DNA from: Lachnospiraceae bacterium
GTDB lineage: Bacteria; Bacillota; Clostridia; Lachnospirales; Lachnospiraceae
Direction: 5' to 3'
DNA: 33,519 nt
Assembly: GCA_017483425.1 (NCBI GenBank)
Contig: JAFUWM010000213.1
Location: 1 to 33,519, forward strand
Part shown: positions 17,323 to 27,367 of the stretch, one piece after another
Numbering within the stretch: the stretch's first letter is position 1
Layout of the letters: each line of letters opens with the position of its first letter
Program-made: the position numbers and the translations under genes
The notes under the pieces: model-generated
Told to the model about the DNA's origin: nothing
Database searches by the model: none
The model's input: only the letters and a program-made list of their open reading frames with translations

Positions 17323-18381
17323 ATGCAGAATATAGAAGAATATAAAGGCGTATTCGTCTTCGCTCAGCAGGTAGACAACAAGGTGAGCGGGATCGCATAC
17401 GAGTTGCTCGGAAAAGCAAAGGATCTTGCTGAACCTCTCAATGCGCAGGTGACGGCAGTCCTTATCGGCTCTGATGTAAAGGGTCTCTGCGACAAGCTCG
17501 CCGAGTACGGAGCAGACAGGGTCATCGTAGTGGATGATCCCGAGCTCAAGGAATACAGGACTGAGCCCTACGCTCACGCTCTTGCATCGGTAATAAATGA
17601 GTATAAGCCCGAGATAATGCTCGTAGGAGCTACGGCAATCGGACGTGATCTGGGACCTACGGTTTCAGCAAGGGTCGCAACGGGACTTACGGCTGACTGT
17701 ACGGTGCTTAATATCGGTGATTTCCCGCTTCAGCCCATACCCGGCAAGGAAGACGAGCAGAAGCACAATCAGCTCCTTATGACCCGTCCTGCTTTCGGAG
17801 GCAATACTATAGCTACTATCGCCTGCCCGAATAACCGTCCCCAGATGGCTACGGTAAGACCCGGCGTTATGCAGAAGATCGATCCCGTAAAGGGCGCCAA
17901 GGCAGAGATAATCGAGTACAATCCCGGCTTCACTCCCAATAATAAATATGTGGAGATCAAGGAAGTCGTTAAGAAGGTATCCGATATCAAGGACATCATG
18001 GATGCGAAGATCCTTGTTTCAGGCGGACGCGGAGTCGGATCACCTGAGAACTTCAAGATCCTTGAGGAGCTTGCCGATGCGATAGGCGGACAGGTAAGCT
18101 GCTCACGTGCGGTTGTTGATTCGGGCTGGAAGCCTAAGGAGATGCAGGTAGGCCAGACCGGAAAGACCGTAAGGCCTAATGTATACTTTGCTATCGGTAT
18201 CTCAGGCGCTATCCAGCATGTAGCCGGCATGGAGGAGTCAGACATTATCATCGCGATCAACAAGGATGAGGACGCTCCGATCTTTGATGTGGCGGAATAC
18301 GGCGTAGTAGGCGATCTGAATAAGGTCGTGCCCGAGCTTACAAAGCAGATACTTGCTGCAAAGGAAGCAAAAGGCGCATAA
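17323..18381 (+). CDS. etfA: Electron transfer flavoprotein alpha subunit
   Basis: TGLTADC, RPAFGGN, SGGRG, QVGQTGK, GISGAIQH and AINKD. Confidence 0.97.
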   Translation: MQNIEEYKGVFVFAQQVDNKVSGIAYELLGKAKDLAEPLNAQVTAVLIGSDVKGLCDKLAEYGADRVIVVDDPELKEYRTEPYAHALASVINEYKPEIMLVGATAIGRDLGPTVSARVATGLTADCTVLNIGDFPLQPIPGKEDEQKHNQLLMTRPAFGGNTIATIACPNNRPQMATVRPGVMQKIDPVKGAKAEIIEYNPGFTPNNKYVEIKEVVKKVSDIKDIMDAKILVSGGRGVGSPENFKILEELADAIGGQVSCSRAVVDSGWKPKEMQVGQTGKTVRPNVYFAIGISGAIQHVAGMEESDIIIAINKDEDAPIFDVAEYGVVGDLNKVVPELTKQILAAKEAKGA

Positions 18382-18397
18382 GTAAAAAAGCATGCGT

Positions 18398-18428
18398 TGA
18401 CCCCGGGGATCATCCCCGGGGTCATTTC
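18398..18428 (+). terminator. Terminator of the butyryl-CoA operon
   Basis: TGACCCCGGGGA-TCA-TCCCCGGGGTCA followed by TTTC. Confidence 0.75.
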
Positions 18429-18455
18429 CTGTTTAAATGGTGTATAATATTGAGC

Positions 18456-20552
18456 ATGATAAGCATAATCGTTCCTGTATATCAGGCAGAAAAAACTTTG
18501 AGTGAATGCATAGAGAGTATCTTAAGCCAGACGATGCCGGATTTTGAGCTGATACTTGTAGATGACGGATCAACTGACGGATCCGGAGATCTCTGTGACA
18601 GTTATGCCGCAAAGCATGACAAAATACGTGTGATACACAAGGAAAACAAAGGAGCCGCTGCTGCAAGGAATACAGGGATTTTAGAGGCAGTCGGCGAATG
18701 GGTCTGCTTTATAGACAGCGACGATGTGATCGCTCCTGATTTTCTGGAGGTTCTTATCCATACAGCTGATGAAACGGGTGCGGATATAGTATCCTGCGCT
18801 TATGTTAAATGCAGCAGGGAAGAAGCCCGTTATGGCAAAGCCCTCTTTGATCAGAAAATATCTGCAGGTTCTGACACGACGGAGTACAGAGGGAAAGATG
18901 GAGTGAGGGCTCTCCTTTATCAAAAAGGGTTTATCAGCGCTCCCTGGGGCATGATATCAAAGAGGAAGCTGTGGAACGGAGTTTCCTTCCCTGAGGGATC
19001 CGCAGCGGAGGATATGGGAACGATTTACCGTCTTTTTCTTGAGGCATCCTCTATCGCACGTACGGACAGGGTATTGTACGGGTATGTCGTAAGCGCTTCC
19101 AATACGGTGTTTTCGACTTCGTCCAAAAGGAATCCTGATTATTTCAGGCACAGCAGACAGATGATATCTTATATAAAAAAGTATCATCCAGGCTGCCTGA
19201 GGGCGGCTGCGAGCAGGCATTTATCCACCTGTTTCCAGATCCTCTCGGAAACAGATCCTGAAAGCGCTGATGCGTCCGTAAAGAGTCTGACCGGCAAAAT
19301 ATATGCTGATATAAAATCTGTGCGCCCTGTTGTGATAAAAGACCCCGGAGCACGCGTGCGAAACAGGGGGGCAGCCTTGCTAAGCTGCTTCAGTACAGGC
19401 GTTGTTCACAGGCTTTTATATAATAAGTATCTCAGGGATTTTCCGAGGGATAAGGGAAATCATATCGCACTGGCGGAATACCAGGGCAGATGCGATGAAG
19501 CCGGCAAGGCAGTCGGACATGCCCCCAAGGTACTCGCGGAGTACGTCAGGATGACGGAGCAGGATCATAAGATCAGCATATATGCTCCTGCCTGTATAGT
19601 TCGTGAGATACCCGATGATATTGTATCCTGCTCGGAGATACATCATCTGCGGCATGAGATAATCATGAAGGGGCATATGCCCTTTATCGACAGGATCTTA
19701 AATAAATTCAGGATGTTTTTAAATATACGTCATATACTGCATGAAAGTGACGCTGATGTGATCTGGTTCTTTAATGTTGAATTCTATCTTTTTCTGTACC
19801 TTTCGATATTCGGAAATGCAGGGAAAAGGATAGTCGTCACAATGTTTATTGACGGATATCATACCGGAGCTTTGGCGGGAATTAAGCAAAAGATCTTTGA
19901 GCGAGGCCAGCGCAGAGTATCAAGATGCATCTCCACGGGACCCTCATTTGAATACAAAAACATGCCTTCGGTATTTATTCCCGATTATGTCTGTGACGAC
20001 AGTATATACGCAAAGTACAGAGGTAATCTAAAGGAAGCCTGCGCTGTATGTCTTGGGACAATGGATCACGGCAAGGAGCTTGACGAGCTTATAGAAGCGT
20101 TTAACCGCATATCCTACAGGCTGGTGATAGCGGGCAGGTTTTATGATAAATCCTGGTTTGAAGATCTGAAAGCGAAAGCTGCTGATAATATAGAGATACG
20201 GGATGTTTATCTTGATCAGGAGGAGTATCTTTCTCTGCTCTCTCATGCGGTGTATGCGGTACTTCCGTATAATGAAAGGAAATATGCTTCACAGACCTCC
20301 GGAGTTATGCAGGAAGCGATATTTACGGATACTATCGTGCTTACACATAGTGATATACTCACGGGAAATAAGGTTCCCGGCGTGGGTTACAGATCATACA
20401 AGGATATAACGGACAGTCTGCTGGGAGACGATCCGGATGATAAAAACGGTAAAAGAAACCGGAGCATCCTTGAGAAATATAAGGAGCTCCGGCATAGCGT
20501 ATACGATAAAGAAAAAATAAAAAAGAAAATAAACTATTACTCTACTACGTAA
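18456..20552 (+). CDS. Two-domain glycosyltransferase: N-terminal GT2 fused to a probable GT-B (GT4-like) domain
   Basis: [27 protein letters not shown] and ED (GT2). The C-terminal ~360 aa contain CLGTM..GK, LVIAG and LPY...TSGVMQEA (GT-B-like). Start set at ATG 18456. Confidence 0.88.
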   Translation: MISIIVPVYQAEKTLSECIESILSQTMPDFELILVDDGSTDGSGDLCDSYAAKHDKIRVIHKENKGAAAARNTGILEAVGEWVCFIDSDDVIAPDFLEVLIHTADETGADIVSCAYVKCSREEARYGKALFDQKISAGSDTTEYRGKDGVRALLYQKGFISAPWGMISKRKLWNGVSFPEGSAAEDMGTIYRLFLEASSIARTDRVLYGYVVSASNTVFSTSSKRNPDYFRHSRQMISYIKKYHPGCLRAAASRHLSTCFQILSETDPESADASVKSLTGKIYADIKSVRPVVIKDPGARVRNRGAALLSCFSTGVVHRLLYNKYLRDFPRDKGNHIALAEYQGRCDEAGKAVGHAPKVLAEYVRMTEQDHKISIYAPACIVREIPDDIVSCSEIHHLRHEIIMKGHMPFIDRILNKFRMFLNIRHILHESDADVIWFFNVEFYLFLYLSIFGNAGKRIVVTMFIDGYHTGALAGIKQKIFERGQRRVSRCISTGPSFEYKNMPSVFIPDYVCDDSIYAKYRGNLKEACAVCLGTMDHGKELDELIEAFNRISYRLVIAGRFYDKSWFEDLKAKAADNIEIRDVYLDQEEYLSLLSHAVYAVLPYNERKYASQTSGVMQEAIFTDTIVLTHSDILTGNKVPGVGYRSYKDITDSLLGDDPDDKNGKRNRSILEKYKELRHSVYDKEKIKKKINYYSTT

Positions 20553-20800
20553 GGCAGCAGCGCCAGATGTCTTGCGCGCTTGATGGCAACCGTAAGCTCT
20601 CTCTGATGCCTCGCGCAGGTTCCCGTGACACGTCTGGGGAGGATCTTTCCTCTCTCGGAAATGAATTTCCTGAGCCTTACTACATCTTTGTAATCAATGT
20701 CTCCGTCCTTGCCGCAGAAAATGCAGACTTTCTTTCTTCTGCGAATTCCGCCGGGTCTTCTGGGTCTGTCTGAATGATCGTTATTTCTTGTATATGGCAT
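20537..20800 (-). CDS. rpsR: 30S ribosomal protein S18 (Zn-binding C+ form)
   Basis: [34 protein letters not shown] and AIKRAR.LALLPY. Confidence 0.99.
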   Translation of the reverse strand: MPYTRNNDHSDRPRRPGGIRRRKKVCIFCGKDGDIDYKDVVRLRKFISERGKILPRRVTGTCARHQRELTVAIKRARHLALLPYVVE

Positions 20801-20817
20801 TTTTTTGTCTCCTGTTT

Positions 20818-21291
20818 TTAGTTAAATGGTAATTCATCATCTATTTCATCCGGCACATTCATAAATCCGTCATCTGCCGGCTGTGGTGCTGAGGATACGG
20901 CTTCGGATCTGCCTGAGGGCGCGGAATAGTCTGCTCCGGAATTCATATTTGAAGCTGACGCGCTTTTGCTCTCCCCAAACTCAATTTCCTCAACTGCAAC
21001 ATCTGTGGTATATACGGTCTGTCCGTCCTTATTCTGGTAGCTGCCGGTCTGGATACGTCCGACGACATCGAATTTCATTCCCTTGCGGGCGTACTTTTCG
21101 ACAAATTCACCGGTCTTTCCGAAAGCCACACAGCTTATAAAATCAGCAGTCGGTCCGTTTCCGTCCTGATTTCTGCTCCTTCTGCGATCTACTGCGAGAG
21201 TAAACCGGGCTATACACATCTGATTTTCACCCTGGGAATATCTCACATTCGGATCTCTTGTAAGGCGTCCCGTCAACATTGCCTTATTCAT
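20818..21291 (-). CDS. ssb: Single-stranded DNA-binding protein
   Basis: [30 protein letters not shown] and the acidic tip DDELPFN. Confidence 0.99.
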   Translation of the reverse strand: MNKAMLTGRLTRDPNVRYSQGENQMCIARFTLAVDRRRSRNQDGNGPTADFISCVAFGKTGEFVEKYARKGMKFDVVGRIQTGSYQNKDGQTVYTTDVAVEEIEFGESKSASASNMNSGADYSAPSGRSEAVSSAPQPADDGFMNVPDEIDDELPFN

Positions 21292-21329
21292 TTATTCTGC
21301 CCTACACTTTCTGTGGTCCCTGCCACTTA

Positions 21330-21782
21330 TTACTCAGCCGTGTCTGAAGCTTCTTCGGATGAAGACTCTGAAGCCTCAGCCGCATCTTCGGGTTCGGAAA
21401 CAGGCTCCTCATCAGCCGGCTCCTCCGTCTTTCGGGGCGCATCATAAGAAGCCTCTGTCTGCTCAGGCTTTTCTTCCTCGTGCTTAACCGAAAGCTCTTT
21501 CTCGTCAGATACAATGAGATATCTGTATACATTCTCTACGATCCTGATACGATGCTCGATCTCGGCAATAGCCTCCGGCTCTGCCTGGAACTTGATGAAG
21601 ACATAGTAGCCTTCCTTTACCTTGTGCACCTCATAGGCAAATTTCCTTTTGCCCCAGTCATCTTCTGAAGAGATGGTGCCGCCGAAACGTGTGATGAGTC
21701 CCCTCACCTTCTCAAGAACGGCATTTTTCGCGTCGCTCTCAAGTTGTCCGTTGACTGCAACGGCCAATTCATACTTGTTCAT
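21330..21782 (-). CDS. rpsF: 30S ribosomal protein S6 with a long acidic C-terminal extension
   Basis: MNKYEL, WGKRKFAYEV.K..EGYY and V.RYLIV; rpsF-ssb-rpsR order. Confidence 0.98.
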   Translation of the reverse strand: MNKYELAVAVNGQLESDAKNAVLEKVRGLITRFGGTISSEDDWGKRKFAYEVHKVKEGYYVFIKFQAEPEAIAEIEHRIRIVENVYRYLIVSDEKELSVKHEEEKPEQTEASYDAPRKTEEPADEEPVSEPEDAAEASESSSEEASDTAE

Positions 21783-21789
21783 TATTTTA

Positions 21790-21842
21790 CCTCCTTATGG
21801 TCTGTCCGGCTCACACATTACTTATCGCATGAGCAAGGCGGA
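21790..21842 (-). promoter_or_regulatory. S6:S18 ribosomal-protein leader (autoregulatory RNA)
   Basis: Minus strand CCTT-GCTCATGC-loop-GTGTGAGC-CG...AGACC.TAAGGAGG. A hairpin is followed by a CCG motif, and an upstream CCTT can pair with the SD. This matches the described S6:S18 leader architecture. Confidence 0.75.
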
Positions 21843-21888
21843 TATATCACGAACTCATACACTAGCACAAATAGCCCCAAAAGTAAAG

Positions 21889-21917
21889 TTGAAAGTTTTT
21901 TTGTATTTATGTATGAT
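21889..21917 (+). promoter_or_regulatory. SigA promoter upstream of the ChbG-like gene / gdpP operon
   Basis: TTGAAA (21889-21894), 17 nt, TATGAT (21912-21917). Confidence 0.65.
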
Positions 21918-21925
21918 AAGAAAGT

Positions 21926-22681
21926 ATGTTTAGGCTTATTATTAATGCGGATGATCTGGGAATATCACAGGAAGTGAATGAAGCGATAGCGGAATGCTTT
22001 TCTGCCAGGTTCATTACAAGCACTACGCTCATGGTAAATATGGACTATGCCGATGAAGCAGCGGAGATGGCCGGGAAGTACGGCTGGCATGAGCGGGTGG
22101 GACTGCACCTTAATTTTACAAGCGGATTTCCACTCACCGAGGGGATCAGAAAATACAGAATTTTCTGTGACAGGGACGGGAGCTTTAATGCTTTGTTTTT
22201 TCACAGGATGAATTCAAGGCTGCATATGTCGAAAGGAGAGACAGAGGCTGCCAGAGCAGAAGCCGAAGCACAGATTAGAAAATATATATCATACGGGTTT
22301 CCGAATAAGCATCTGGATTCACACCACTACGTACATACGGATCGTTCCATCTGGAAAGCCGTGGAGCCTCTTGTGGGGAAGTATGGAATACGTTCGGTGC
22401 GGCTGACCAGGAATCTGTACAGCAGGATGTCTTTTCCTAAAAGGATCTATAAAGAAAGGTTCAACAGGAGGCTTAAGTCACTGCCGATACAGACTACGGA
22501 TTACTTCGGGTCGTTTAAGGACTTCACGCAGTGCAGGGAAACCATAAGGGACGGGTCACTCACAGAGATAATGGTGCATCCCATGTATGATGAGTCCGGA
22601 AAGCTTGTTGATACGGCAAGACCTGTTGAGGAAGAGAAAGATTATCTTTCCGGGATCAGATATATAAAAGAGTTTTACTGA
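21926..22681 (+). CDS. ChbG/HpnK (YdjC) family carbohydrate deacetylase
   Basis: IINADDLG, STTLMVN, GLHLN, HLDSHHYVH and EIMVHP. Confidence 0.93.
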   Translation: MFRLIINADDLGISQEVNEAIAECFSARFITSTTLMVNMDYADEAAEMAGKYGWHERVGLHLNFTSGFPLTEGIRKYRIFCDRDGSFNALFFHRMNSRLHMSKGETEAARAEAEAQIRKYISYGFPNKHLDSHHYVHTDRSIWKAVEPLVGKYGIRSVRLTRNLYSRMSFPKRIYKERFNRRLKSLPIQTTDYFGSFKDFTQCRETIRDGSLTEIMVHPMYDESGKLVDTARPVEEEKDYLSGIRYIKEFY

Positions 22682-22685
22682 AGTA

Positions 22686-24752
22686 ATGGGGAAGAAGATA
22701 AAAGAAAAAAGAAACAGTTATAAGGGAACGCTGAGGCTGTATGTCAGCTGGCCTCTGATATTATCCCTTTTTCTTGCTGTCTGTGCTGTGGGTATGTTTT
22801 TTATTGATACCAGAGCCGGGATTGCCGCCGCGGCAATGACTGCGGTGTACACAGGGATAGCTTTTGCCATACGTTTCTATAACCGTAAGGCGATAATGAA
22901 CGATATGGTGAATTTTGCCTTAAGCTTCGGGCAGGTTCAGAAGGGTCTCTTAAAAGGGCTTTCACTTCCATATGCGCTGCTGGATGAAGGCGGAAGGTTC
23001 GTATGGTGCAATACTGAATTTCAGAATCTGATGGGCAAGGAACCGCCGTTTGGAAGATCCATCACTTCTTATATTCCCGAGATTACAAAGGATAAGCTTC
23101 CGGAGGACGGAGAGGGTACAGAAGTCAGGTTCTCAGTCAGTGAAAGAGATTTTAAGGCTGATATAAGGCGGACTTCGCTTGATGAGATGGCGCATAGCTC
23201 CCTTATAGTCGATGATTCGGGCTTTACGGGATCGATCATTACGATATTCCTTTATGACGAGACAGAGGTCAATGACCTGAAAAAGCTCAACAGGGATCAG
23301 TCAATAGTTGCGGGCTATATATATATGGATAATTATGACGAGGCGATGGAAAACGTCGAGGAAGTCAGAAGATCGCTGCTTGTGGCTTTGATAGACAGAA
23401 AGATCAAAAAATATTTTGGGGACTATGATGCCGTTGTAAAGAATACGGAGAGAGATAAATATTACATAACCATGAAAAGAGCCTCGTTTGATAAGCTGGT
23501 AGACAATCGGTTTGATATTCTCGAGGATGTAAAGACAGTCAAAGTCGGGAATGAAATGTCAGTCACGCTATCCATGGGATTTGGGCTTGAAACAGGCTCT
23601 CTTACAGAAGATACGGCATATGCCAGAAGCGCTATAGACCTTGCGCTGGGGCGCGGTGGAGATCAGGCTGTAGTTAAGACGATGGACAGGACGGCTTATT
23701 ATGGCGGCAAGAGTATGCAGATGGAGAAGAATACCCGTGTCAAGGCAAGAGTTAAAGCACAGGCGCTTAAGGAGATCATAGAGCAGAAGGAACGGGTCTT
23801 TTGCATGGGACACCAGATCACGGACATAGACACGTTCGGAGCTGCTGTAGGTATCTACAGGGTAACGAAGCAGCTTGAAAAAAAGTGTCATATTGTAATA
23901 AATGATGTGACCCAGTCAATAAAGCCGTTTGTAGACGCGTGTTCTAAGGAACCTGACTTTGATCCGGATATGTTTGTTACGAGCGCGGAGGCCCTGCAGC
24001 TTGCGGACAGCGAAAGTTCGGTCATGGTTGTAGTCGACACGAACAAGCCCTCCATAACAGAATGTCCGGAGCTGCTGCGCAGGATAAGGACAGTGGTCGT
24101 ACTTGACCATCACAGGATCGGCACGGAAACAATAGAGAATGCCACTCTTTCATATATTGAGCCGTACGCGTCAAGCGCCTGTGAGATGGTTGCGGAGATA
24201 CTTCAGTATATATCCGATAATATACGCATAAGGAGCGTCGAAGCGGACAGCCTGTACGCGGGTATGATGATAGATACTAATAATTTCATGACGAAAGCAG
24301 GGGTCAGAACCTTTGAGGCGGCTGCCTTCCTTAAAAGGAGCGGGGCGGATATCACAAGGGTCAGGAAGCTCTTCCGTAACGATATGGATTCCTTTAAAGC
24401 AAGGGCGGAGGTTGTAAGGCAGGCAGAGCTTTTTCATGATAAGTACGCGGTATCCATCTGTGACGGGAATGGGCTCATCAGCCCCACGGTTGTGGGATCG
24501 CAGGCTGCGAATGAATTATTGAATATAAATTCCGTAAAGGCATCTTTCGTGCTTACGGATTATCAGAACCGCATCTATATTTCCGCGAGATCCATAGATG
24601 AGATAAATGTCCAGCTCATAATGGAGAGACTCGGCGGCGGCGGACACATGAACATAGCAGGAGCGCAGTTGACGGATATGTCTCCGGAAAGCGCAAAACA
24701 AAAGCTTAAGGATATAATAGATGAAATGGAAAAGGAAGGAGAGATCGTATAG
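22686..24752 (+). CDS. gdpP: Cyclic-di-AMP phosphodiesterase GdpP
   Basis: Two TM helices, a PAS-like region, degenerate GGDEF (RGGDQ), MGH..D.D, DHH and DHHA1 GGGGH; lies directly before rplI-dnaB. Confidence 0.95.
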   Translation: MGKKIKEKRNSYKGTLRLYVSWPLILSLFLAVCAVGMFFIDTRAGIAAAAMTAVYTGIAFAIRFYNRKAIMNDMVNFALSFGQVQKGLLKGLSLPYALLDEGGRFVWCNTEFQNLMGKEPPFGRSITSYIPEITKDKLPEDGEGTEVRFSVSERDFKADIRRTSLDEMAHSSLIVDDSGFTGSIITIFLYDETEVNDLKKLNRDQSIVAGYIYMDNYDEAMENVEEVRRSLLVALIDRKIKKYFGDYDAVVKNTERDKYYITMKRASFDKLVDNRFDILEDVKTVKVGNEMSVTLSMGFGLETGSLTEDTAYARSAIDLALGRGGDQAVVKTMDRTAYYGGKSMQMEKNTRVKARVKAQALKEIIEQKERVFCMGHQITDIDTFGAAVGIYRVTKQLEKKCHIVINDVTQSIKPFVDACSKEPDFDPDMFVTSAEALQLADSESSVMVVVDTNKPSITECPELLRRIRTVVVLDHHRIGTETIENATLSYIEPYASSACEMVAEILQYISDNIRIRSVEADSLYAGMMIDTNNFMTKAGVRTFEAAAFLKRSGADITRVRKLFRNDMDSFKARAEVVRQAELFHDKYAVSICDGNGLISPTVVGSQAANELLNINSVKASFVLTDYQNRIYISARSIDEINVQLIMERLGGGGHMNIAGAQLTDMSPESAKQKLKDIIDEMEKEGEIV

Positions 24753-25202
24753 ATGAAAGTGATATTGCTTGAGGACGTTAAGTCACTCGGAAAAAAAGAT
24801 GATATTGTCGAGGTAAAGGAGGGTTACGCAAGGAACTTTCTTTTTACAAAGAATCTGGGGATACCGGCTGATTCCAGGAATATGAACGATGTAAAGCTCA
24901 GAAAGGCAAGGGAAGCAAAGCTTGCGGCGGAGAAGCTTAAGGAGGCAAAGAACCTTGCGGAGAAGCTTGAAAAAACCAGTGTTACCTGTAAGGTCAAAGC
25001 CGGCAAGGACGGAAAAGTATTCGGCTCCGTGTCCTCTAAGGAGATCGCGGAGGAGATGAAAAAGCAGAACGGTATAGAGGTGGATAAAAAGAAACTCGTT
25101 CTTTCTGAGCCTATAAAGAATCTGGGCACATATAAGGTGAACGTAAAGCTCCATCCCGAGGTTACGGCTTTTCTTACGGTTGATGTGCTGCCTGAAGAGT
25201 AA
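24753..25202 (+). CDS. rplI: 50S ribosomal protein L9
   Basis: MKVILLEDVKSLGKK, GYARNFL, FGSVS and PIKNLG. Confidence 0.99.
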   Translation: MKVILLEDVKSLGKKDDIVEVKEGYARNFLFTKNLGIPADSRNMNDVKLRKAREAKLAAEKLKEAKNLAEKLEKTSVTCKVKAGKDGKVFGSVSSKEIAEEMKKQNGIEVDKKKLVLSEPIKNLGTYKVNVKLHPEVTAFLTVDVLPEE

Positions 25203-25210
25203 AGGAAGCT

Positions 25211-26563
25211 ATGCCGGTAGATGAAAATACGATAAAAAGAATACCGCCGCATTCCTCGGAGGCGGAGCGCTCTGTGATCGGCTCCATGCTTTATGACGAT
25301 ACCAGGGAGGCTATATTTACTGCTACGGAGATACTGACAAGGAGCGATTTCTATGAGGAGAGGTACGGGCTGCTCTTTGAAGTTATAGTTGAACTCTTTA
25401 ATGAGCAAAAGCCGGCAGATTCAGTGATGATCCAGGAGAAGCTTCGTGAAAAAGGAGCTCCTGCCGAGATCACAAACCCTGTATTCCTTGCCGAAATAGT
25501 TGATTCGGTACCTACGGCTGCGAATGTGAGGTATTACGCGGAGATAGTCAGGGAAAAAGCCCTGCTGAGAGCAATAGTAAGAGTTAATTCGGATATTGAG
25601 AACGATTGCTACAGAGGGGATAGGGATACAGCGGATATTCTGGAGGATACCGAGAAACGGATATTTGACCTTGTGCAAAACCGCGGAAGATCCCAGATAA
25701 AGCCGATCAAGGAGATAGTAATAGATGCCCTCCAGCATATACAGGATGTAGCAAAGGCCGAATCAAAGATTACGGGTATCCCCTCGGGGTTTGAGGATCT
25801 GGATGATAAGACAGCGGGGTTCCAGAAATCCGATCTTATACTCATAGCCGCCAGACCCTCAATGGGAAAAACGGCGCTGGTGCTGAATATAGCGCAATAT
25901 GCCTGTTTTAAGAGAGACTATCACTGCCTCTTTTTTTCACTGGAGATGTCAAAGGAGCAGCTGGTTAACAGGCTGCTTGCGATGGAATCAAGAGTTGATT
26001 CGCAAAATATAAGAATTGGACATTTAAATGATGACGAGTGGCGTGGTATTATAGAAAGTGCGGGAATCATCGGGATGTCCAACCTTGCGATAGATGATAC
26101 GGCCGCGATAACTGTAGCGGAGATGCGCTCCAAATGCAGGAGATATAAGATCGAACACGGACTTGATATGGTCATTATAGATTATCTTCAGCTTATGAGC
26201 GGCCGGGGATCCGGGAGAAATGAAGTATCAAGACAGCAGGAGATATCGGATATATCAAGGAGCCTGAAAGCTCTTGCCCGTGAGCTTGAATGTCCGGTAC
26301 TGGCGCTTTCACAGCTTTCCCGTGAGGTTGAGAAAAGGCCTGATCATCGTCCTATGCTGTCAGATCTTAGAGAATCTGGGGCTATCGAACAGGACGCAGA
26401 TGTGGTAATGTTTATATACAGGGATGACTACTATAATGAAGACTCGGAGCGAAAGGGAGTTGCGGATGTGATCCTTGCCAAGCAGCGAAACGGCTCTATA
26501 GGAACTGTAAGCCTCGCGTGGATTGCACAGCTTACAAAGTTTGAATCATTGGTAAAAGAGTGA
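25211..26563 (+). CDS. dnaB: Replicative DNA helicase
   Basis: PPHS.EAE, AARPSMGKT, FSLEM, IDYLQL, LSQLSR, DLRESGAIEQDAD and KQRNG. Confidence 0.99.
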   Translation: MPVDENTIKRIPPHSSEAERSVIGSMLYDDTREAIFTATEILTRSDFYEERYGLLFEVIVELFNEQKPADSVMIQEKLREKGAPAEITNPVFLAEIVDSVPTAANVRYYAEIVREKALLRAIVRVNSDIENDCYRGDRDTADILEDTEKRIFDLVQNRGRSQIKPIKEIVIDALQHIQDVAKAESKITGIPSGFEDLDDKTAGFQKSDLILIAARPSMGKTALVLNIAQYACFKRDYHCLFFSLEMSKEQLVNRLLAMESRVDSQNIRIGHLNDDEWRGIIESAGIIGMSNLAIDDTAAITVAEMRSKCRRYKIEHGLDMVIIDYLQLMSGRGSGRNEVSRQQEISDISRSLKALARELECPVLALSQLSREVEKRPDHRPMLSDLRESGAIEQDADVVMFIYRDDYYNEDSERKGVADVILAKQRNGSIGTVSLAWIAQLTKFESLVKE

Positions 26564-26568
26564 CAGTC

Positions 26569-27363
26569 ATGAAAATTGAAAAGGTAAACGAAAGACAGAT
26601 CAGATGCACATTGACCAAAAACGACCTCACCTCGAGAAATCTCAAGATGAGTGAATTGGCGTACGGCACGGATAAGGCAAAAAATCTCTTTAAGGATATG
26701 ATGCGTGAAGCATATCACAGATTTGGTTTTGAGGTGGAGGATATTCCTCTGATGATAGAAGCGATCCCCATTTCAAATGATGCCATCGTGCTTGTGATCA
26801 CGAAAGTGGAAGATCCTGAGGAGCTTGATACCAGATTTTCCAAATTTGCGCCTTCACTCAGCGATACTCCGGTACAGGAGCCGGCAAAAATAAAGGATCC
26901 CGGTAATGCGGACGACATTATAGATCTTTTTAAGAAGCTTAAAGAGCAGGTCGAGGACGCAAGGGCTGCATTGACCGCGAGTGATTCCGGAGATTCTATC
27001 ACAACCAGCAGGAAGATCGGATCGGCGGATGCCGGAACGGAGCGCGAGGTTAAGATTACGATCCAGGTCGACCTTACCAAACTGTATTCCTTTGATGATC
27101 TTGACAATGTGATAAGGGTGTCCAAAATACTCAAGGGAATCTACCATGGTGAGAATACGCTATACAAAAATCCGGATACCGGCAGATACTATCTTCTGCT
27201 CAGAAAATCAGACCATACTCCCGAAGTGTTTAATAAGGTCTGTAATATAATCACAGAATACGGACATATGGAAGAATGCACCTCGGCCGTGGAAGGGCGC
27301 ATAAAGGAGCATTATGAGATCATAGTACAAAGCTACGCTATGGAGAAGCTCTCGATAATATAG
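26569..27363 (+). CDS. mecA: ClpC adaptor protein MecA
   Basis: N-terminal domain MKIEKVNERQIRCTLT..DL..R, PLMIEAIP and C-terminal IITEYG....EH. Start set at ATG 26569. Confidence 0.9.
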   Translation: MKIEKVNERQIRCTLTKNDLTSRNLKMSELAYGTDKAKNLFKDMMREAYHRFGFEVEDIPLMIEAIPISNDAIVLVITKVEDPEELDTRFSKFAPSLSDTPVQEPAKIKDPGNADDIIDLFKKLKEQVEDARAALTASDSGDSITTSRKIGSADAGTEREVKITIQVDLTKLYSFDDLDNVIRVSKILKGIYHGENTLYKNPDTGRYYLLLRKSDHTPEVFNKVCNIITEYGHMEECTSAVEGRIKEHYEIIVQSYAMEKLSII

Positions 27364-27367
27364 TCTC

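Noticed and set aside
12744-18425. Long antisense ORFs (282, 160, 147 and 218 aa) in the butyrate operon
   Set aside because: These are typical mirror ORFs of highly biased coding sequence and carry no motifs.
21302-21532. 76-aa alternative-frame ORF over the rpsF tail (possible frameshift)
   Set aside because: The rpsF frame is continuous to a double stop; the alternative frame has no RBS or recognisable product.
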